Assembly (NCBI RefSeq): GCF_006345805.1 | Contig: NC_043014.1 | Coordinates: 6,138,001 to 6,202,000 of the forward strand | DNA: 64,000 nucleotides | Direction: 5' to 3' | Source: Octopus sinensis | Taxonomy: Eukaryota | Shown: positions 28,072-41,992 of the stretch, in pieces | How the letters are laid out: the number at the start of each line of letters is the position of its first letter | How positions within the stretch are numbered: the first letter of the stretch is position 1 | The notes under the pieces: model-generated | What the model was told of the DNA's origin: nothing | The model's input: the letters and a program-made list of their open reading frames with translations, nothing else | Databases searched by the model: none | Translations under genes and position numbers: made by a program

Positions 28072-28200
28072 CATATACATAAACGTATATATGTGTGTCT
28101 TTGTATAATTACGTATATATGTATGTGTATACATTCATATGTATATATGTATGTATATATATATATACATATATACATATACGCGCGCGCGTGCGCAAAC
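27510..28200. repeat. (TA)/(TG) low-complexity tract
   Basis: Read directly. Confidence 0.92.
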
Positions 28201-29297
28201 ACACACTCAAATGGACAGTTCTTAATTGGCTGTTATCAATGTGCTATTTTTTGATAAGGCTGATAGTGAACATCCCAAAACTGAGGACGGATTCTTCTCA
28301 GGCTGAAGAATGATACCAACGATGGCCATGATAATGACCATCACGTCGACGACGACATGACGAACGACGAAGAGGATCGTGCTTCTGTTAGTTATATCAT
28401 AATTACGCAATAACCGCTAATATCGGTTATCTTCGTAAATCATATTTACCGTAGCACTGGCCATAATTCTAGATTGTAAATATCCCTCCCTATATCTTAA
28501 TTCATATGATTACATTTTATAGTCAGTTTTCTCGCTACCCAACAGATGCTGCTAATGTCAGCCATATTGGTGATGTACGGTTTCATTTATTGACGCTAGT
28601 GGTGGTTCTCGTGTTCGTTGTGATGGTAGTGTTGGTTGTGGAGTTATTTTAAACACTTCTATACGTCCTCTGACGTTGAAGCGTTACGTAATTAAAAACT
28701 GCTGAATGTGAAATAATAAATTATGAAAAGGAAGGTGAACAATCTATATTCTGCTATTATGACATCCGCATAAATTATAATCGAAATATTGATATGCATA
28801 AATATATTTGCATCTGTGTGCGGCGGTTTTGTATTCATTATGCATATACATACATAAACATGTATATAAACATTTACACATATATATATATATACATATA
28901 TATGAAAATCTCCTCTCTCTATATATATATTGTGTGTGTATGTTTGTTTATAAAATCATATGTATATATATATATATATATATAATATATATAATATATA
29001 TATATATATATATAATACATATACATACATACATATAAATATATTATATATATATAGAGAGAGAGATTGATAGATACATAGATCCATGTATATATGCATA
29101 TATAACTATATGTATACGCATATACAATTAATGATATATAAATATTTAGTTTAATTTACATATATATATATATGAATGTATGTATGTATATAGAAGCATA
29201 CGCATATATATATATATACCCATGTATATTTCGATATATAGCTATATGTATATGTGTGCAAATTAACTTAATATAATAAATATTTGGTTATATATAT

Positions 29298-29333
<36 letters not shown>

Positions 29334-29819
29334 ATATGTTTTCAATGTCTTTTGTCATTGATAAGACACATTCTTTCTGTAGCATGCGGGTATTTCATTT
29401 GAGTGCAGTATCAGATACTCGTGCATGCATACATAGCTATTTTATGCACATATGCACACATACGAAGTTGTATATATATATATGTACGTGTATGTGTGTT
29501 GTGTATGTGTGTGTGTGTGTGCGTGTGTGTGAGTGTGTGTTTTTGTGTGCATGTGTGCCTGTGCTCTTGGAATCATATTTCGCATTTTCAGATAAAAACA
29601 ATAAAATTATGGTGCTTCATGGAGAATCAATTCTAGATTAAATTTCCGTTTGTGAATTCATAAGAAATTCATAAATTTATTTTTTCCGCTTTGTTCTCGA
29701 TACCAATGCTTTCCAAAAATCAATAGTATTGATGCGTCTCCAATAAGATTAAATACGTGCACCGGTTTCCAAATGGAAGGAACAGATATTTCAAGCAATC
29801 TTCTATATCAATCTAGGAA

Positions 29820-30048
29820 TTAGCGCGCCGGGCGAAACCTAGGAATTAGCGCATAGCGGTATTTTGTTTGCCTTTATGTCCTGAGTTCAAATTCCGCCGA
29901 GGTCAACTTTGCCTTTCATCCTTTCTGAATCGATTAAATAAGTACCAGTTACGCATTGGGGTCGATATGATCGACTTAATCCGTATGTCTCTACTTGTTT
30001 GTCCTCTCTGTGTTTAGCCCCTTGTGGGTAGTAAAGAAATAGGTATTT
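29820..30048 (+). mobile_element. SINE family C
   Basis: GAGTTCAAATTCCGCCGAGGTC...GCCCCTTGTGGGTAGTAAAGAAATAGGTATTT. Confidence 0.85.
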
Positions 30049-30049
30049 C

Positions 30050-30700
30050 ACCCATCATTAAGTTCCGTTAGGTTACGAAGACGTAAACAAACCACCATCA
30101 AACAATGTTGGGGGTACAAACACAGACACACAAACATATACACACACACATACACACATATATATATATGTATATATACATATATACGATGGGTTTCTTT
30201 CAATTTCCATCTACCGAATCCACTCACAAGGCTTTGGTCCACACGCAGTTGGACTGAACCCGGAACCATGTGGTTCGTAAGCAAGCTACTAATCGCACAA
30301 CCACTCCTACGCCTATACATGTATATACTGTTTCATTGTTGTACTTGTTTCAATTATTCCACAGCTGCCATGCTGGAGCACCATGTTCAATTGGTTTTTT
30401 GTGGAAAACCTCGAATTCAGGATTTATTTTTCTAAAGCCTAATACGAATTCTATTAGTTTTTTCGATAAGCTGCAAAGTTACGGGGACATAAACACACCA
30501 ACACCAGACACAGAGTTACACACACAAATGCACACGTTCACACACGGACACACACATATATCCGACGGGATTCTTTCAGTTTCCGTCAACCAAATCCACT
30601 CATCCACTCACGAGATTTTGGTCAGCCCAAGGCTGCCCTGGGACTGAACCCGAAAGCATGTGGTTGGGAAGCAGGCTTCTTACCACACAACCATGCCTGC
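30050..30700 (-). mobile_element. Two diverged SINE family B copies
   Basis: GGACTGAACCC...ATGTGGTT heads at ~30250-30315 and ~30640-30700. Confidence 0.75.
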
Positions 30701-30780
30701 AATATATATGTGTATATATATATATATATAGATATATATATGTATGTATGTATGTATGTATATATGTATGTATGTATATG

Positions 30781-31558
30781 TTCTTTTCTACTCTAGGCAC
30801 AATGCCCGAATTTTTGGGGGAGTGCACCAGTCGATTAGATCACCCCCAGTATGCAGCTGGTACTTAATATATTGACCCAGAAACGACGAAGGCAAAGTCG
30901 ACCTCGGCGGAATTTGAACTCAGAACGTAAAGACAAACAAAATACCTATTTCTATTTCTGTACTACCCACAAGGGGCTAAACACAGAGAGGACAAACAAG
31001 GACAAACAAACGGATTAAGTCGATTACATCGACCTCAGTACGTAACTGGTACTTAATTTACCGACCCCGAAAGGATGAAAGGCAAAGTCGACCTTGGCGG
31101 AATTTGAACTCAGAACGTAACGGCAGACGAAGTACCTATTTCTTTACTGCCCACAAGGGGCTAAACACAGAAGGGACAAACAAAGACAAACAAACGGATT
31201 AAATCGATTATATCAACCCCAGTGCGTAACTGGTACTTATTTAATTGACCCCGAAAGGATGAAAGGCAAAGTCGACCTCGGCGGAGTTTGAACTCAGAAC
31301 GTAACGGCAGACGAAATACCTATTTCTATTTCTTTACTACCCACAAAGGGCGAAATACAGTGAGGACAAACAAGTAGAGACAAACGGATTAAGTCGATTA
31401 TATCGACCCCAGTGCGTAACTGGTACTTAATTTACCGACCCCGAAATGATGAAAGGCAAAGTCGACCTTGGCGGAATTTGAACTCAGAACATAACGGCAG
31501 ACGAAATACCGCTAAGCATTTCGCCCGGCATGCTAACGTTTCTGCCAACTAGCCGCCT
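30781..31558 (-). mobile_element. SINE family C, 4-unit tandem array
   Basis: Single head at 31558; units joined at AATACCTATTTC-like junctions (~30941, 31131, 31316). Confidence 0.88.
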
Positions 31559-32061
31559 TTGTGTGTAAGTGTGTATATGAGTATATATTACTAATTACAT
31601 ATACTTACTATAAATGCTTTGTGCATTTTTCGGGTGGATGCAATTGGGTGGCAGTGTTGTTATGGCTTGTTTTTGATTTACTGGTTTCAGTCATTAGATT
31701 AATGCTATGATGAGGCGTCCCATTGCTAGTGGTTGGCCGAACAAACTCACCTTCGTACCAGTTTTATATTTTAATTCCGATATTTATTCTATCGGTCACT
31801 TTGCTGAACCATTATGTCACATTGACATGAATAAACCAACACCGGTTTTCAAGCTTTGATTTGTGACAAAAACAGACAGCAAGGCATACACACAAATGCA
31901 CATAAATACACACACATCACATGAAAAATTGCGAGCACGGGAAATAATATTCTTAAGATTGCAAACCTGGAAAATTACAGGACAAGTTATTACACTTGGA
32001 AAAGTTAAGGACAACTTATTACATCTGGTAATGCACAGAACAAGAAAACTTTTACTTGAAA

Positions 32062-32361
32062 CTAGCAGTATCGCCCGGCGTTGCTCGGATTTGTAAGGGA
32101 AATAACAATATAAGCATTTTTAGAGAGTTACTTCCCTTATATAATAGCAAAAAAAATGCATTAGAAATGGGAAAAAATGATGGTAAATTATTTTTTAAAT
32201 CGTAGACTCATCGTAGACGCGCGCTAATACCCAGGAGGGCTTGATATGAATCACGACTATAAGATACCCGCTTTTGGTTACACTGCACCGCAAAATGTGG
32301 GAGTAGTTAGGAATCTAAATTGTAGGAGATAGACATACAACTTCACTTTTATATATAAAGA
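32062..32361 (-). mobile_element. Non-autonomous Helitron (300 bp)
   Basis: Minus strand starts TCTTTATATATAAAAG and ends CCGAGCAACGCCGGGCGATACTGCTAG. Inserted between A and T with no TSD; the empty site is restored by the opposite TIR. Confidence 0.9.
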
Positions 32362-32807
32362 TATTGCAGCTAAGGATGAAATTTCAAATAAAATATTTAG
32401 ATTTAGAAAATATTAGCTTTAATTAAAACTAAAAATTTTATTACGAGTTATTACTTCTATTTGTTATTACTTGTTACTTCTATTAAAATATAGAAATATT
32501 GCACTTCAAAAAAAGTCATCTTTTTAATTATCAATTGATAATTAAAAATCTGAAAATAGGTAATAAAAAATAATAGAAGAACATAATTAGTTAGTACAAT
32601 AAATAGAATAATACAAAAATTAGTTATATATTACAGTAAAATTTAGCTTTAACAACAATTTCACAGCAGAATTAGCTAGATGTGTTGCCTAGGTTATTGC
32701 CAAGACTTCACATTTTTAGTCTTGACCTAATGCCTATTCTTTACATAATGAATTTTCCTATCATACTCACTATTCTACTTGACATAAAACTTTAGCTATA
32801 TTGGTAC

Positions 32808-33017
32808 TCTCTCTTTTACTTGTTTCAGTCATTTGACTGCGGCCATGCTGGAGCACCACCTTTAGTCGAGCAAATCGACCCCATGACTTATTCTTTGTAA
32901 GCCCAGTACTTATTCTATCGGTATCTTCTGCCGAGCCGCTAAGTGACGGGGACGTAAACACACCAGCATCGGTTGTCAAGCAATGCTAGCGGGACAAACA
33001 CAGACACACAAACATAT

Positions 33018-33048
<31 letters not shown>

Positions 33049-33210
33049 CATATATACGACAAGCTTCTTTCAGTTTTCGTCTACCAAAAGGCATTGGTCG
33101 GCCCGGGGCTATAGCAGAAGACACTTGCCCAAGATGCCACGCAGTGGGACTGAACCCGGAACAATATGGTTGGTAAGCAAGCTACTTACCACGCAGCCAC
33201 TCCTGCGCCT
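32808..33210 (-). mobile_element. SINE family B inside the TIR element
   Basis: Full-length consensus. Confidence 0.9.
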
Positions 33211-34639
33211 CCAGTTCTTATTTTTTAAAAGTATTCTACTGTGTCGATAGTTTAGCAAAATGGTGTTACCTTTTTTAATTATAATGTTACTTTGTAAATT
33301 AAAATCGAATAATTTTTAATATTGAATTTTTATCCTTAGCTGCAACATTTTAAATAAAAATTTTCTTGTTTTGTACTTTACCAGATATAAGTCGTCCTGA
33401 ACTTTTTAAGGTGTAATAACTTGTCCTGTAATTTTCCAGGTTTATAATCTTAAGAATATTATTTCTCTTGCTCGCATTTTTCTAAGTAATCCATGTGTTT
33501 TCCAGGCTATACTATCATGCTAATTGATAATGTGTCAAATATGTCAATGAGTGGTGCCGTTAATGATTATTTCCTTAACTCAATGACGCTGGTGACATAT
33601 ATTAAATGTCCCTTATAGAATTACATTCATAAAAAAGTATAGAACTATATTATCACCCTCAAATTTGAGAAACAAATACTCATATCTTTTTCTTTTAAAA
33701 TTTCATTGCATGAGATTGATACCACGAGATTTCTCGAAGTGAGTTCTATCATTTAAGCTTAATTAAAATATAGTTTGCTTTTAAAATTTAAAAAAAAAAC
33801 ATAATTAAACCTAAATCCAATTTTTTTGCCTTACTTATATTATTCATGATATTTTACCTCACAACGTTTTTCATAGAAATTTTTGTTGCATGGGAACAGA
33901 ACTATAAAATTCTTCATGCTTTCATCTATCATTGAACCTAAGATAAAAATATTTGATTTCAAAAATAAAAACAAAAGTTATATAGATCTAAACTTGATTG
34001 GTGTCGTTTCTTACTCACCTGTAATATTGCTACAAATTTTGATGTAACTCTTTTTTCTATTGGATCAAATTTTAATTTCTTACACCAAAATGTAGTTAGG
34101 AACTAGTCCTCTTCAAAAATTTTAACATTTTAAAATTTCGAAAGAAATGAATTCGCAACAAGCTCTGAAAGGTGCTGCGTGCGAGTAAATTGCGGTCTTA
34201 AGAATATTATTCAACTACTACCGTAGTTGAATGATATATGTATATGTATATATTTATATATATATACGTATGTATGTATTTATATATGTATGTAGGAAAG
34301 ACGCGCTTCCCCACAGCTGCCGACAGTTAAATTCAGTCAAAAGACTTTAGCCACACAGGCACCATAACGGAAAGCCCGACGGCTTTATATATATTTTCGT
34401 TGAAGATGCTACAGGCAACCATAAGACATGAGATGCCACCTGGAGTTGCAAAAATGTCCATAAATTATAAATACATTCATTACTGAAGTTATTTTACTTT
34501 CGTTACTTGTCACGTATATACAGAGGAACTTTAGACATTTTGATGGTCTGTGCAAAAATTATTAATTCCTAATATTGCAGGTGTTCTCGCAGGAATATTC
34601 AATCTAAGTAGCGCCGTAATAGACATTTGTCATATACTC

Positions 34640-34812
34640 TCTCTTTACTCTTTTACTTGTTTCAGTCATTTGACTGCGGCCATGCTGGAGCACCACCTTT
34701 TAGTACTTATTCTATCGGTCTCTTTTTTGCCGAACCGCTAAGTGACGGGGACCTAACACATCAGCATCGGTTGTCAAGCAATGCTAGGGGGACAAACACA
34801 GACACACAAACA
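34640..34812 (-). mobile_element. SINE family B 3' half, truncated by the gap
   Basis: Consensus match up to the N run. Confidence 0.85.
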
Positions 34813-34912
34813 NNNNNNNNNNNNNNNNNNNNNNNNNNNNNNNNNNNNNNNNNNNNNNNNNNNNNNNNNNNNNNNNNNNNNNNNNNNNNNNNNNNNNNNN
34901 NNNNNNNNNNNN
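34813..34912. other. Assembly gap (100 N)
   Basis: N run. Confidence 1.
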
Positions 34913-34970
34913 ACCTGGTGGAATAGTTCAAGCAGCCATGATTTAATATCATATTCTTCAGGCCATGAAA

Positions 34971-35330
34971 CGCAGCGAAAAGCAGCGAAAAGCAGCGATA
35001 AGCAGCGATAAGCAGCGATAAGCAGCGATAAGCAGCGATAAGCAGCGAAAAGCAGCGATAAGCAGCGATAAGCAGCGATAAGCAGCGATAAGCAGCGAAA
35101 AGCAGCGATAAGTTGCGAAAAGCAGCGAAAAGCAACGAAAAGCAGCGAAAAGCAGCGAAAAGCAGCGAAAAGCAGCGATAAGCAGTGATAAACAGCGAAA
35201 AGCAGCGAAAAGCAGCGATAAGCAGCGATAAGCAGCGAAAAGCAGCGAAAAGCAGCGATAAGCAGCGATAAGCAGCGATAAGCAGCGATAAGCAGCAAAA
35301 AGCAGCGAAAAGCAGCGAAAAGCAACGAAA
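34971..35330. repeat. 10-bp minisatellite (AGCAGCGAWA), 36 units
   Basis: Exact 10-bp register with A/T variation at position 9. Confidence 0.97.
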
Positions 35331-36079
35331 GACAGCAAACGGTTTCAAACTGTCAGAATCACTAGAGTGTCAGGAAAATGTTTTACGATATTTGTTCTGG
35401 TCCTTTACGTTGTGAGTTCGAAACCCACCGAGATTCACTTTGCCTTTCTTCCTTTCAGGATCGACAAATCAAAGTATCTGTCAAATACTGAGATTAGCGT
35501 AATCCACTTAACCAATCTCCTCAGAAATTTTGACTTAGTGCTAAATTTTGAAACTTTAGTTTCCGAGTTCATATCCCGTTGATATCCACTTTGCTTTTCA
35601 TCCTTTCAGGGTCAATAAATTAAGGTGCCAGTCATAGTACTGGTGCCAATGCTTCCACAAAGCCCCTCCCCTCGAAATCGTTGTCGCAATATCAAAATCA
35701 GAAACTGAAAAAGACGATGAACAAACAAATTTATTAAGAGTGTCGGAAGAAACGTTCCGTAATGTTTCTTCGTACCTTTTACTCTCTGAGTTCGAACCCC
35801 ACTGAGGTCAACATTGACTTTCCTCCCGCCTAATAAAGTACCGGTTTTGTGTTTGGGTAGATGGTATCGATTCATTCCCCCCTCCCCTCAAAATTACTCA
35901 CTTTTTGCCATAAACACGGGAACGTGCAAATTCCTGTCCAAAATTTTTACAAAGTTTGGAAAAATTTTAGGGGGCTGCTCTTGCACCTACTACATTCCCT
36001 GTCCCTGGGCCAAGGCATTTACCTAAATTTGAAACCAGTGCATACAAACATAAATTTGCTTCAAATTTCATATTCCTTC

Positions 36080-36475
36080 AAGAGCGGCGAGATGGCAGAA
36101 TCGTTAGCATGCCGGGCGAAATGCGTAGCCGTATTTCGTCTGCCGTTACGTTCTGAGTTCAAATTCCGCCAAGGTCGACTTTGCCTTTCATCCTTTCGGG
36201 GTCGATAAATTAAGTACCAGTTACGCACTGGGGTCGGTCTAATCGACTTAATCCGTTTGTCTGTCCTTGTTTGTCCCCTCTGTGTTTAGCCCCTTGTGGA
36301 TAGTAAAGATACAAATATACCTTCTGTCTTTACGTTCTGAGATCGAATTCCACCGACGTTAACTTTTCCTTTCTTCCTTTCGGAATTAATAAATTATCAG
36401 TAGAACGCTGAGGTCGATGTAATCGACTTAACTCCTACCTCGGAATTACTGGCCTAGGGCCAAAATATAAAACCA
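36080..36475 (+). mobile_element. SINE family C plus a diverged second unit
   Basis: GCGGCGAGATGGCAGAATCGTTAGC head and B-box-like motif. Confidence 0.85.
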
Positions 36476-37300
36476 ATATACGCAAACACAAGTTTGCTGT
36501 TAATTTTGTTCCATCTTCCATTCTTTTTAAAAGCGATTGAGTTACATCTTTTTAGCTTCTGTCATAGATTTCGTATTTTTTCTAGTTTTTGTTCCAACTC
36601 TTTTCAAATTTGATTATACCGATTTAGCTTCGTAAAAAAATTATGAAAATGAATATCATTTCTGACATAAATGAATAAATAAATAGTTAATAGCTTTTAA
36701 ATTTTCCGAATTTTTGGATAATTTTAGTCAATCGAAAGCCACCATTATACAAACATGACCGTAAATGTCACATTGGTGTCTGTTTCCATAGTAACAAGTA
36801 AACCTGTAGTTTGATACCTTCACCATCTCCACAACCACCACAAGTTTTAGTGAGTGATATCATTTTGTGTTTGTGGTATTTATGTTTGTTATTTTGTGGC
36901 AGACAGCTATAACATAGAAAATGCCGGCCTCCGATCCTCTGATTGAACTAAAGATGATCAAAACTTTGAAAAATTGTAACATTTTTCTAAATATTTCTGG
37001 TAATTAATGAATCCCAAATTCGTATTCTGCATGATAAATTATATCAATATGCCAAATTCAAAAATTTACGCTTACTTTTTGAATTTCTCTATCTGTGACA
37101 GAAACCGAAAGTTTTCGAAAAATGGGGTATCTTAATAATGTGTATAACTTTCAAGACGTTCCTGTCCAATATTCAAAACCCCATATCATTCCAGGATTGC
37201 AAAATGGTAATTATTGGGAAGCCAGATGTCTTATGGAGAGTTCAGAATAATGGATAAAGGGGAGATAGCTGATTTATTCATCTGTGAGATAATTTCCAAT

Positions 37301-37343
<43 letters not shown>

Positions 37344-37354
37344 GATAGATAGAT

Positions 37355-37645
37355 TGTTCCTTCTCGAGCCACACCTGGCTCATAAGGGCCGGTTTCCTTG
37401 GTGTATAGGTTCCCCACCTGGACGGGACGCCGGTCCGTCGCAGGTGAGCTGCAAGATGCAGGAGGAAAGAGTGAAAGAAAGTTGTGGCGAAAGAGTCAGC
37501 AGAAGTTCGCGATTACCTTATGCCGGAGCTGCGTGAAGCATAGGTGTTTTGCTCGTAAACACACACTTCATCCGATCTGAGATTCGAACTCGCGATCCCT
37601 CGACCGCGAATCTGCTGCTCTTACCACTAGGCCATGTGCCTCCGC
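37355..37645 (-). mobile_element. SINE family A-related element inserted in (GATA)n
   Basis: Reverse complement head GGAGGCACATGGCCTAGTGGTAAGAGCAGC...GAGTTCGAATCTC; (GATA)n on both sides. Confidence 0.8.
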
Positions 37646-37676
<31 letters not shown>

Positions 37677-37798
37677 GATAGATAGATAGATAGATAGATA
37701 GATAGGTAGGTAGGTAGGTAGGTAGGTAGGTAGGTAGGTAGGTAGGTAGGTAGTTTAAATCATTGCCCAGGATAAGGACCTAACATTTTGTTGAGGCA

Positions 37799-37922
37799 TT
37801 TGAGGGAACCAAGGAACTATTCTAACTCCAAGTCGGAGATATTGTTGCTACGAACGAAAATTTGAGGGAACCAAGGAACTATTCTAACTCCAAGTCGGAG
37901 ATATTGTTGCTACGAACGAAAA
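37799..37922. repeat. Perfect 62-bp tandem duplication
   Basis: TTTGAGGGAACCAAGG...TACGAACGAAAA twice. Confidence 0.95.
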
Positions 37923-37964
37923 TTTATTCTCGATTCATGATCATTGACATACACACACACACAA

Positions 37965-38009
<45 letters not shown>

Positions 38010-38313
38010 GTGAACCATCAGCAGGATTTGAATACAGAAAATGAACGGGAACAAATTGCAGATAGAATTTGGTTCGATGCTCAAACGAGCAGCCGATGCC
38101 CCGCCGTCCTATTATGGCTTTTAATTACAAACAATGGTTTAGTCCATCTACATGAGGCCACGTACTTGTGGGATGGGGAGGGGGAACGAATAAGACAATT
38201 TCAATCGAATTCAATACTTGTCTGATAGATTCTTCGACTCAAGGACACAAAGTCGGCTTCTGCATCATCTGAATTCATGTTAATGATAATAATGGTATGT
38301 AATATTATATATA

Positions 38314-38354
<41 letters not shown>

Positions 38355-38355
38355 T

Positions 38356-38397
<42 letters not shown>

Positions 38398-38986
38398 AAT
38401 ATATATTATTATATTATATATATATATATTATGTATGTATGTATGTATGTATGTATGTATGTATGTATTATGTATGTATGTTGTATGTATGTATGTATTA
38501 TGTGTTGTTGTGTGTGTGTATGTATATATGTATATGTATGTATTAATAGATATAGATATATATATATTCATATATGTATAAATAGATAAGATAAAACTAT
38601 ATATATATTTATTTATATTTATGTGTGTTTAATTGTATGTACATATATATGTCGGTGTGTATATAAATATATGCACACATTCAGGCAAATACACGCACAC
38701 ATATACATACACATCGATATCTATATACTCATAATGTAAATCACAACAATAATTGCATACATATGTGTACACGTGTGTGTATATATATATATATATCTCT
38801 TATGATTATATATCTATATCTATATATATATATATATATAATATATATATATGAACATGCATACATATATTTTCATTTGTCTTCAATGCCACACACATAA
38901 ACACGAAAACCATAGATATGTATCTGTACGTCTATAAATTATGCCATTGTAATATATAATATATATATTATATATATATACATATA

Positions 38987-39045
<59 letters not shown>

Positions 39046-39765
39046 ATATATGTATAATATGGTATATTATATATATTATATATATATATATATAATATAT
39101 ATATATATATATAATATATATATATATATAAAATATATATACATATATATACATATAAAAACTTAAGACAGACCAGGAGAGATGGCGGTAGTCGTGGGGA
39201 TCGGTTTATTAGTAAATCTGTTTTAAACTATTTGCAAATGCCTTAGCCTTCATCTATCTCAACTCAATTTAGCGCTTGGCTAAATTATATATCTTCAATA
39301 TCATTCTCGTTCTAACCAAGCGACAAGTCAATTTGCCAAATCGTTATGAAACTTACTACAAGCCAGAAGCTGGTAAATACATCACAGATATTTTCAATGT
39401 TGATCGCATCACTTTTTCGTCCGAGTGCTTTGGTAGATATATACACACACAGGCATGAACGCACGCACACACTCACAATATCACACACACCATACACATT
39501 GTGTGTGTGTTGTGTGGATTGTGTGAAGGAGCGTGGCTCAGCGTTTTAGGTGTTGCACTCATCAATGTAATTAAGGATTGTGGTTTCGATTCTTCGATCC
39601 GTCATATTTATATATATAGCATCAACCCTTAAGGTTAGCCACATTTAAGTGGCAAATATACTTCACGATGTGGTGCAGCTACTGTTTATACCTCGCTCAG
39701 AGATTTATTATTGCTTGTTTCCACTTTTTCAAGAGATAGTGATTTTTCGTCACTGGAAAAAGGAT

Positions 39766-39809
<44 letters not shown>

Positions 39810-39854
39810 CATTTGCATTGAGAACCACTTCACATCGCGCAACCGGTGGTTGTC

Positions 39855-39900
39855 ACCCGCTGATGATGGGTTAATACCCCAAGAAACTCGGATCCCGTAT
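39855..39900 (+). ncRNA. Decayed hammerhead motif (copy 1 of the duplication)
   Basis: CTGATGA-TGGGT TAAT ACCCC-AA-GAAAC-TCGGA...; stem I and the cleavage site are degenerate. Confidence 0.45.
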
Positions 39901-40059
39901 CACGTCAGGCGAGATGGGAAAGATGGTTTCCCTTTGCAAATACTGATAGAGCACAGAAAGTGTGTCAACAGCCAGCTGGATGAGATGTCTTCCTGGGGCT
40001 ACAAGCTACAGTAGCAGACAACCCATAACGGTTAACCACATTTAGGTGGCAATATACTT

Positions 40060-40099
<40 letters not shown>

Positions 40100-40436
40100 T
40101 ATATAATTATAAAAAACTGATTATAATTACGGGCGCCGGAATGCCAGCACCTATACGCTAGAAGTAGATATCAAATACCTACAATCCACTGTCTATTTAT
40201 AATCCCAGGTTGAATGGGAGGTAATGCGCAAGAAGATTTACAAAATTCGGATAATCTTGTTCTTAAGATTCCCTGCTCTGTATTAAAGATTACTTTGCAA
40301 TCTCAGTTGAGATGTACCGACAAGTATATAAACGAAAAATTCATATACATACCGATAAATCTATTCGTACAGATACCAATATATACTTGCATATCCCGTG
40401 TATACATACAATCTACTCGCCCCCTCCACACACACA

Positions 40437-40478
<42 letters not shown>

Positions 40479-41250
40479 AATATGGTATATTATATATATT
40501 ATATATATATATATATAATATATATATATATATATAATATATATATATATATAAAATATATATACATATATATACATATAAAAACTTAAGACAGACCAGG
40601 AGAGATGGCGGTAGTCGTGGGGATCGGTTTATTAGTAAATCTGTTTTAAACTATTTGCAAATGCCTTAGCCTTCATCTATCTCAACTCAATTTAGCGCTT
40701 GGCTAAATTATATATCTTCAATATCATTCTCGTTCTAACCAAGCGACAAGTCAATTTGCCAAATCGTTATCAAACTTACTACAAGCCAGAAGCTGTTAAA
40801 TACATCACAGATATTTTCAATGTTGATCGCATCACTTTTTCGTCCGAGTGCTTTGGTAGATATATACACACACAGGCATGAACGCACGCACACACTCACA
40901 TACACACACACACACACACATATGTGTGTGTGTTTGTGTGTGCATGTGTGAAGGAGCGTGGCTCAGCGTTTTAGGTGTTGCACTCATCAATGTAATTAAG
41001 ATTGTGGTTTCGATTCTTCGATCCGTCATATATATATATATAGCATCAACCCTTAAGGGTTAGCCACATTTAAGTGGCAAATATACTTCACGATGTGGTG
41101 CAGCTACTGTTTATACCTCGCTCAGAGATTTATTATTGCTTGTTTCCACTTTTTCAAGATTAGTGATTTTTCGTCACTGGAAAAAGGATATATATATATA
41201 TATATATATTTGCATTGAGAACCACTTCACATCGCCAACCGGTGGTTGTC

Positions 41251-41294
41251 ACACGCTGATGATGGGTTAATACCCAGAAACTCGGATCCCGTAT
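41251..41294 (+). ncRNA. Decayed hammerhead motif (copy 2)
   Basis: ACACG-CTGATGA-TGGGT TAAT ACCCA-GAAAC-TCGGA-TCC-CGTAT; core and stem II are perfect, cleavage triplet altered. Confidence 0.55.
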
Positions 41295-41452
41295 CACGTC
41301 AGGCTGGAGATGGGAAAGATGGTTTCCCTTTGCAAATACTGATAGGGCACAGAAAGTGTGTCAACAGCCAGCTGGATGAGATGTCTTCCTGGGGCTACAA
41401 GCTACAGTAGCAGCAACCCATAACGGTTAACCACATTTAGTGGCAATTACTT

Positions 41453-41521
<69 letters not shown>

Positions 41522-41854
41522 CAGTATATAATTATAAAAAACTGATTATAATTACGGGCGCCGGAATGGCAGCACCTATACGCTAGAAGTAGATATCAAA
41601 TACCTACAATCCACTGTCTATTTATAATCCCAGGTTGAATGGGAGGTAATGCGCAAGAAGATTTACAAAATTTCGGATAATCTTGTATCTTAAGATTCCC
41701 TGCTCTGTATTAAAGATTACTTTGCAATCTTCAGTTGAGATGTACCGACAAGTATATAAACGAAAAATTCATATACATACCGATAAATCTATTCGTACAG
41801 ATACCAATATATACTTGCATATCCCGTGTATACATACATTCTACTCGCCCCCTC

Positions 41855-41887
<33 letters not shown>

Positions 41888-41992
41888 GTATGTATGAATG
41901 TATGTATGTATGTATTATGTATGTGTGTATGCATGTATGTATGTATGTATGTATGTATGTATGTATGCATGTGTGTGTATAATAGTCAATAG

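Larger units (their letters stand above)
31924..33482. mobile_element. Non-autonomous DNA element with long (>150 bp) imperfect TIRs
   Basis: 31924-32061 plus 32362-32392 is the reverse complement of ~33315-33482; AT-rich non-coding interior. Confidence 0.8.
39040..41870. repeat. ~1.42-kb tandem duplication (2 copies)
   Basis: AAAACTTAAGACAGACCAGG at ~39158 and ~40581; colinear throughout, differing mainly by small indels. Confidence 0.93.

Noticed and set aside
34395-34462. TTGAAGA...AAAAATGTC hammerhead-like stretch
   Set aside because: Both core boxes are mutated and there is no convincing stem I.
34761-35348. 126-195 aa hydrophobic repeat ORFs
   Set aside because: The 10-bp minisatellite is stop-free in all three minus-strand frames, and two of the ORFs cross an N gap.
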